In this document: positions 56,514 through 61,213 of the stretch, piece by piece
Layout: each line of letters begins with the position of its first letter
Numbering within the stretch: the first letter of the stretch is position 1
Source of the DNA: Candidatus Magasanikiibacteriota bacterium
GTDB taxonomy: Bacteria > Patescibacteriota > Patescibacteriia > Magasanikbacterales > UBA922
NCBI GenBank assembly: GCA_903837125.1
Contig: CAILTG010000097.1
Span: 1 to 61,213, forward strand
Direction: 5' to 3'
Length of the DNA: 61,213 bases
Notes under the pieces: model-generated
Database searches by the model: none
What the model was told of the DNA's origin: nothing
What the model saw: only the letters and a program-made list of their open reading frames with translations
Position numbers and translations under genes: made by a program

Positions 56514-57965
56514 TTAAAACTTACCCAAATCAAGCTCGCTATTAAATTCAATTTCTTTTACAAAATCAGGCATGTGGGAAATAAGGATAATTGCCCCGTC
56601 AAAATTATTTATAGCCTTGGCGATAATTGGAATATGACGAAAATTTATATGATTGGTTGGCTCATCTAGCACCAATAAACCCGGTTTCATGAGCACCAGT
56701 CGTGCAAAAGACAACAAACCCTTTTGGCCTTCAGATAAATGAGAAATTTTATGACCCATTAACTCACCGGTAATTAAAAAACCTGCGGCTACAGAACGCA
56801 TCTCCTGAACATCCACCCCCTCAGCCAAAACGCTTTTTAAAGAATCAAAAACAGTTTGTTCATAGTCCAAAGTGGCAAAATCTTGACTATAATAACCAAC
56901 AACAGTATCTTTCAAAATAACTGCGCCATCGTTAATATTACTTACTAATGAACGAAGCAACGTACTTTTGCCAATGCCGTTTGGTCCAGAAATTATTAGT
57001 CTATCTCTTTGTCGAAGTACAATATCCACTTCTTTGGTCACTGGTTCATGATTTTTAATTATCTTTACAGACTTAATAGTAACAATATTACCCACAATTT
57101 CTTGAGCAGGAATCTCAAATTCTCTAATAGTTCTATCTTCACGTCGCACATCCACTTTATTTTCTTCCATATCTTCAATTTCTTCTTTTAATTTACTAGC
57201 CAATTTTCGCATTTTACCACCTTTGTTAGCAAAAAAATTTACTTTATCTTTATTATCTTGTATTTCTTTTTCAAGTTGCGCATTTTTCTTTATTTCTCTT
57301 TCAATTCTAGCCTGAATTTCTTCAACTACTGAATAATAATCACCAACGTAGGTTTCTATTTTCCTAGTAAAGACATCTAAATATACCACGCCTTCAGTAA
57401 AACAATTTAAAAAATCTGCATCATGAGAAATAACCATAACAGTCTTATCGTACATCACTAAAAATTGTATAAGATGATCAATTCCCTCTTTATCCAAATT
57501 GTTAGTTGGCTCATCTAGAAGTAAAATATCAGGATTTTGAATTAAAGCATAAGCCAACAAAATTCTTGCCTGTTGACCACCCGACAAATCCCCTACTTTT
57601 CTGTTCAAAGGTACTGTTAAATTAACAGCATTCATTACTTTACTTATCTGACTTTTAATATTTCCAGGAACCTCTAAAAAAGCTTTACCAAAATATTCTT
57701 CTAAAGTTAGATTTAAATCTTGTTTTTCAACCATTTGTAAAGCGGTGGCAATAGAAGCATTACTGGTAATAAACACATTACCCTTAGTTGGTTTTAATTC
57801 TCCCTTTATTAATTTAAATATAGTACTTTTTCCTGCCCCATTTTGTCCCATTAAAGTTACTTTTGCACCTTTGCGTACACTAAAACAAACCTCATCAAGC
57901 ACAGGTCTTCTTTCTACATATTCAAAGGTTACCTTGTCAAATCTTAAAATTACTTCTTCGGCCAT
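56514..57965 (-). CDS. ABC-F family ATPase (translation-associated)
   Basis: Two ABC cassettes (GQNGAGKST, GPNGIGKST) with a charged linker and no TM domain. I chose the start at MAEEVILRF; the ORF track extends to 58034. Confidence 0.88.
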   Translation of the reverse strand: MAEEVILRFDKVTFEYVERRPVLDEVCFSVRKGAKVTLMGQNGAGKSTIFKLIKGELKPTKGNVFITSNASIATALQMVEKQDLNLTLEEYFGKAFLEVPGNIKSQISKVMNAVNLTVPLNRKVGDLSGGQQARILLAYALIQNPDILLLDEPTNNLDKEGIDHLIQFLVMYDKTVMVISHDADFLNCFTEGVVYLDVFTRKIETYVGDYYSVVEEIQARIEREIKKNAQLEKEIQDNKDKVNFFANKGGKMRKLASKLKEEIEDMEENKVDVRREDRTIREFEIPAQEIVGNIVTIKSVKIIKNHEPVTKEVDIVLRQRDRLIISGPNGIGKSTLLRSLVSNINDGAVILKDTVVGYYSQDFATLDYEQTVFDSLKSVLAEGVDVQEMRSVAAGFLITGELMGHKISHLSEGQKGLLSFARLVLMKPGLLVLDEPTNHINFRHIPIIAKAINNFDGAIILISHMPDFVKEIEFNSELDLGKF

Positions 57966-58050
57966 GGTATTTTTACCATTAAAATTTATGTTATTGCGAG
58001 GCACAATAATCTCATAATTTAGATAAATTGTCAATAAAAAGGGATCCTCT

Positions 58051-58758
58051 TTAAATATAATGCTTAAGTGTATACACCAATTCCTGATTCTGGTCTGATG
58101 CTAATTTTTGCGTTTCACTGCCGTAGAGCCACTGTAAATATGGTTTATCAATACTGGCGATTTCCACAAAAGTTTTTCCTTTATATTTACCAAAATTGAT
58201 TATATCTAATAAAACCGGCAGATCATTCAATTCCAACAATTTATTAATAATTTCTTCTTCTCCCAACAATTTAAATTTTTCTTTAATAATATTCTTCAAA
58301 TATTCAAACAAAGACTCAAGCACCAAAATATCACCTAAAGCATCATGAGCAGCTGCCGTAATATTTAAACCCAAAAAGTACCTTAGATATTGCAAACTAT
58401 ACTGTTCACTTTCCAACAAATGTCTACTGATTCTTAAGGTATCAAGATATTTTCCAGCGTCCACACCTTCATTTTTTAATACTTGAATATCAAAAGGAGC
58501 GTTGTGTGCCACCAAAATATTTTCTTGTAAAAGCTCTGCTAAACTTATTTTATGTTTGCTTTCGGCAAAAAACGGTTTATCTTGCACCAGTTCATTGGTT
58601 ATGTGATGCACAGCCATAGCACCAAAAGAAATTGGCACCACTGGCTTAAAAAATTCATTAACAACTTCGCCTGTACTTAAATTTTTATAAGCTAACTGCA
58701 CCAACCGTTTGCTAATATCTCTATCAGTAGTTTCAGTGTCCAAAATAATAATTGACAT
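58051..58758 (-). CDS. DEDDh 3'-5' exonuclease with a C-terminal DUF3820-like tail
   Basis: ILDTETTD, HNAPFDIQVL and HDALGD motifs. The C-terminal GKYKGKTFVEIASIDKPYLQWL is DUF3820-like. Confidence 0.8.
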   Translation of the reverse strand: MSIIILDTETTDRDISKRLVQLAYKNLSTGEVVNEFFKPVVPISFGAMAVHHITNELVQDKPFFAESKHKISLAELLQENILVAHNAPFDIQVLKNEGVDAGKYLDTLRISRHLLESEQYSLQYLRYFLGLNITAAAHDALGDILVLESLFEYLKNIIKEKFKLLGEEEIINKLLELNDLPVLLDIINFGKYKGKTFVEIASIDKPYLQWLYGSETQKLASDQNQELVYTLKHYI

Positions 58759-58772
58759 AAAAAAATTGAGAA

Positions 58773-58997
58773 TTATTTACGGAAAATTTTAAACTTTTTC
58801 AAACTATCTTTAATTTTATCCTGCACCAACAAACGAATACCCAACAACTCTAAACCAATCACCACAATCCAACCGGCGGGAAATAAAGGGATAAGATGTA
58901 AAATTAAACCTAAAATAACCAAAAAAATACCAAAAATTTTCTTTAAAGTATTTTTAATTTTAGTATCTTTAATTTTTTCTTTTAAATTTAAAGCCAT
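58773..58997 (-). CDS. small membrane protein
   Basis: Two TM helices. I chose the internal start (MALNLKE) to avoid overlap with engB. Confidence 0.5.
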   Translation of the reverse strand: MALNLKEKIKDTKIKNTLKKIFGIFLVILGLILHLIPLFPAGWIVVIGLELLGIRLLVQDKIKDSLKKFKIFRK

Positions 58998-58998
58998 T

Positions 58999-59601
58999 CT
59001 AAAATACCAACATTTCACTTAATAAGTCACTAACACCCAATTTTTTTTCTGCTGAATACGGCACAACTTTATAGTTACCCACCATATGTTGTATTTTCCC
59101 AAGTTGTCTGGCTAATTCTGTCTTTTTTACTTTATCAATTTTATTGGCAACCACCACCACATTTTTTCCATAATCATCAAACTTATGCAACACTTGTAAA
59201 TCATCTTTTGTTAACCCCACTTCAGCATCAATGATAAAAACCACTAATGCTTGATCATAATTTGAACCAAAAAAATACCAATTACTCATTTTTTCTATCC
59301 AATCACGTTTTTCTTTAGGAATTTTGGCATAGCCATAACCTGGTAAATCCACCAAATAAAATGACTTATTTATAAGAAACACATTAAGCTCTTGAGTACG
59401 CCCCGGAAATGAACTAGTTCTAGCCAAATCTTTTTGGTTTACCAAAGAATTAATTACACTAGATTTACCAACATTAGAACGCCCAATAAAAGCAATTTGG
59501 GGAAGACCATTTTCAAGAATAGCATCCGTACCAACCACACTTTTTATAAATATTGCTGATTTAATTATCATAAAAATTATCTTACCAGTAAATCTTACCA
59601 T
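58999..59601 (-). CDS. engB: ribosome biogenesis GTPase YihA/EngB
   Basis: G1 GRSNVGKSS, G3 DLPGYGYA and G4 NKIDK motifs. An alternative start is M11 at 59571. Confidence 0.92.
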   Translation of the reverse strand: MVRFTGKIIFMIIKSAIFIKSVVGTDAILENGLPQIAFIGRSNVGKSSVINSLVNQKDLARTSSFPGRTQELNVFLINKSFYLVDLPGYGYAKIPKEKRDWIEKMSNWYFFGSNYDQALVVFIIDAEVGLTKDDLQVLHKFDDYGKNVVVVANKIDKVKKTELARQLGKIQHMVGNYKVVPYSAEKKLGVSDLLSEMLVF

Positions 59602-59667
59602 TTATTCACTTATTTTACAACCCAATTACTTGTCCGGCGTAGCCCGCAGGCGAAGCCGGATTAAACT

Positions 59668-59700
59668 AAAAGGAACGGCTGTTTAGCCGTTCCTTTTTTT
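59668..59700 (-). terminator. intrinsic terminator after the surface-protein gene
   Basis: GGAACGGC / GCCGTTCC stem flanked by A- and T-runs. Confidence 0.75.
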
Positions 59701-59707
59701 TCTTATT

Positions 59708-61213
59708 CTATTTTAGATCAATCGTAAACCCAAGACTATTTTCTGCTAATAACTCTTTCGTAGTCCAATCATAGGCGCGGATACGAATAGTGTAAGCGCC
59801 AGCAGCAAATTTATTCGTCGTTAAAGTCTGACTGAAAGTAGTGTAATCTTTCTCCCCTACCTTCATTGCCCATTTTCCAGTATTGGCTTGTAAGACCTTG
59901 CCATTTTCATCAATAACTTCACGCAACATTTTTACTGTTTGTTTTTTGTCAGTGCTATTGGTGTAAAAATATTTTACTTTAAACGTGGTAGGTAAAGCAA
60001 CATTGGATTTGACTTTGGCTAAAGTGGCTGCATCAAAAGCAATATCAGTAGCACCAGACTGATCAGTGTTAAGGACAAAATATTTCTTGTTTACAGTAAT
60101 CAAGAAGCTATTTTCATCTAATACTTTGTTTTTAGTGTCCAAAACCCTAACTTTTACGGTGTATACACCTTCTTTAAGAGTTGTAGGCAAAGCTTCATTT
60201 ACTTTATTGGTATAAACAGCACCCTTCTTTAGAGATTTACTTGCAGTAGAGGTTTTAATTATTTTACCATTGGCATCCACTAATTGGCGAATTACTTTCA
60301 CAGTAATAGTCTTAATTCCAGTATTTTGGTAAGTATAATTAAACTTTAAGACTGAGCCTGGATTGTAGACAGTAGAAATTAGATTACTCAAGACTACAGC
60401 TGAACCTGGATTGGACCGAACGACATCATTAACAACCACAGCTGGAGTGATAACCACGGCAGGAATAGTAATAATTGTTGTAGGAGCACTAACACCGCCA
60501 GGAACTGCTAAAGTAACATTAACTGTATAGGCGCTGGTTGTGCCTCCATCAGCCGAACGAAATTTAACATAGATTTTCTTAACACCATTACCAGAAGATA
60601 AGGTAAATTGTTTTGCAGATGAGTAAGTCTGCCAAGAAGCATTAACAAAATTAGAATCTTCAGAAATAGCCACATAAGCTGCATTAGCTGAACTTAAATC
60701 CAAAGTAATTGTAGGAGAAGACACTGTAGCAAGATTACCGCTTATAGCCACAGGAGTGGTACCCACGGTTGGAGGAATAGAAATGGCTGAGCTACCACCG
60801 CCACCACCACTTGATGGACAAACGCTGGTACTTTGAGTAACTGTACCATAACCAACAGTAACCACGCCACTAGCATTAACTCCATATACTTTAAAGGTGT
60901 AAGAAGTGGCGCAGGTTAAACCAGTATACTGATAAGAAGAAGTTTGTCCTGTAACTGCGCTGTCACTACCTTTTTGCACATTATATGAAGTAGCTGTACC
61001 ACCACTCCAAGAAACTGTAATAGCGGTAGTAGAATCAGCTGTGGCAGTGACTGTAGATGGAGTGGCAGCCAAAGTATAAACAGCTGTAGCACCAGGACCA
61101 TAAGTAGTGGTTGCATCGGCAAAGTTTTGGGCAGCCACAGATACGACATAACTAGTATTGGTAAGTAAACCAGTAGTGGTAGTAGGAGAACCACTACCTA
61201 ATTGAACATAGCC
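59708..61213 (-). CDS. surface/secreted protein with an FN3-like segment and two tandem Ig-like repeats, partial (5' end beyond the window)
   Basis: The frame stays open to the right edge (GYVQLGSGSPTTTTGLLTNTSYVVS precedes the tracked GTG). It contains an FN3-like TATADSTTAITVSWSG...YTFKVYGVN segment and two related about 100-aa C-terminal repeats. Confidence 0.75.
   Translation of the reverse strand, partial: GYVQLGSGSPTTTTGLLTNTSYVVSVAAQNFADATTTYGPGATAVYTLAATPSTVTATADSTTAITVSWSGGTATSYNVQKGSDSAVTGQTSSYQYTGLTCATSYTFKVYGVNASGVVTVGYGTVTQSTSVCPSSGGGGGSSAISIPPTVGTTPVAISGNLATVSSPTITLDLSSANAAYVAISEDSNFVNASWQTYSSAKQFTLSSGNGVKKIYVKFRSADGGTTSAYTVNVTLAVPGGVSAPTTIITIPAVVITPAVVVNDVVRSNPGSAVVLSNLISTVYNPGSVLKFNYTYQNTGIKTITVKVIRQLVDANGKIIKTSTASKSLKKGAVYTNKVNEALPTTLKEGVYTVKVRVLDTKNKVLDENSFLITVNKKYFVLNTDQSGATDIAFDAATLAKVKSNVALPTTFKVKYFYTNSTDKKQTVKMLREVIDENGKVLQANTGKWAMKVGEKDYTTFSQTLTTNKFAAGAYTIRIRAYDWTTKELLAENSLGFTIDLK

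Overview
This is a 61.2-kb AT-rich bacterial chromosomal segment, roughly one-third G+C by eye. It is tightly packed, and all but four genes lie on the minus strand. Recognisable content, in order: serS, an RdgB-Nudix fusion, lysS, greA, mrdA-mreD-mreC-mreB, proS, and a UvrD-type helicase fused to a Cas4/AddB-like Fe-S nuclease. Next comes a complete F1Fo ATP synthase operon (atpZ/I-B-E-F-H-A-G-D-C) with orphan genes inserted in it. After that: tatD, two large lipoproteins, cvpA, metG, rsmI, a minimal Rrf2-NifS-NifU-ferredoxin module, and glycosyltransferases, one carrying an in-frame stop. The right-hand third holds an ECF sigma/anti-sigma plus MacAB-like efflux cluster, an EmrAB-like pair, csp, an ABC-F ATPase, engB and a partial FN3-like surface protein. 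The host start codons I inspected lack Shine-Dalgarno motifs, and the standard genetic code fits. The overall style suggests a Patescibacteria/CPR-like genome, which is inference only. No rRNA, tRNA, CRISPR array or transposase was seen. The outstanding anomaly is at 26.61-28.12 kb. Two tandem plus-strand cassettes each carry a strongly GC-rich ORF (164 and 163 codons, GC3-saturated, no family I recognise). Both sit in the same collinear scaffold: TTGACA-17-TAnnnT promoter, conserved 5' palindrome, strong SD, ORF, a conserved ~160-nt multi-hairpin 3' RNA element with compensatory stem changes, then a bidirectional terminator. The cassettes lie head-on between the tatD terminator and the atp promoter. 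Secondary observations are a 598-aa orphan with a beta-carbonic-anhydrase-like CxDxR/HxxC motif pair, a 42-aa Cys-rich mini-gene with its own promoter and terminator, a heptanucleotide repeat inside tatD, families of low-complexity 'stutter' hairpins in intergenic regions, a repeated 31-nt hairpin element, and a perfect 21-bp inverted repeat over a leaderless promoter. All functional calls rest on motif recognition by eye; no database search was possible.
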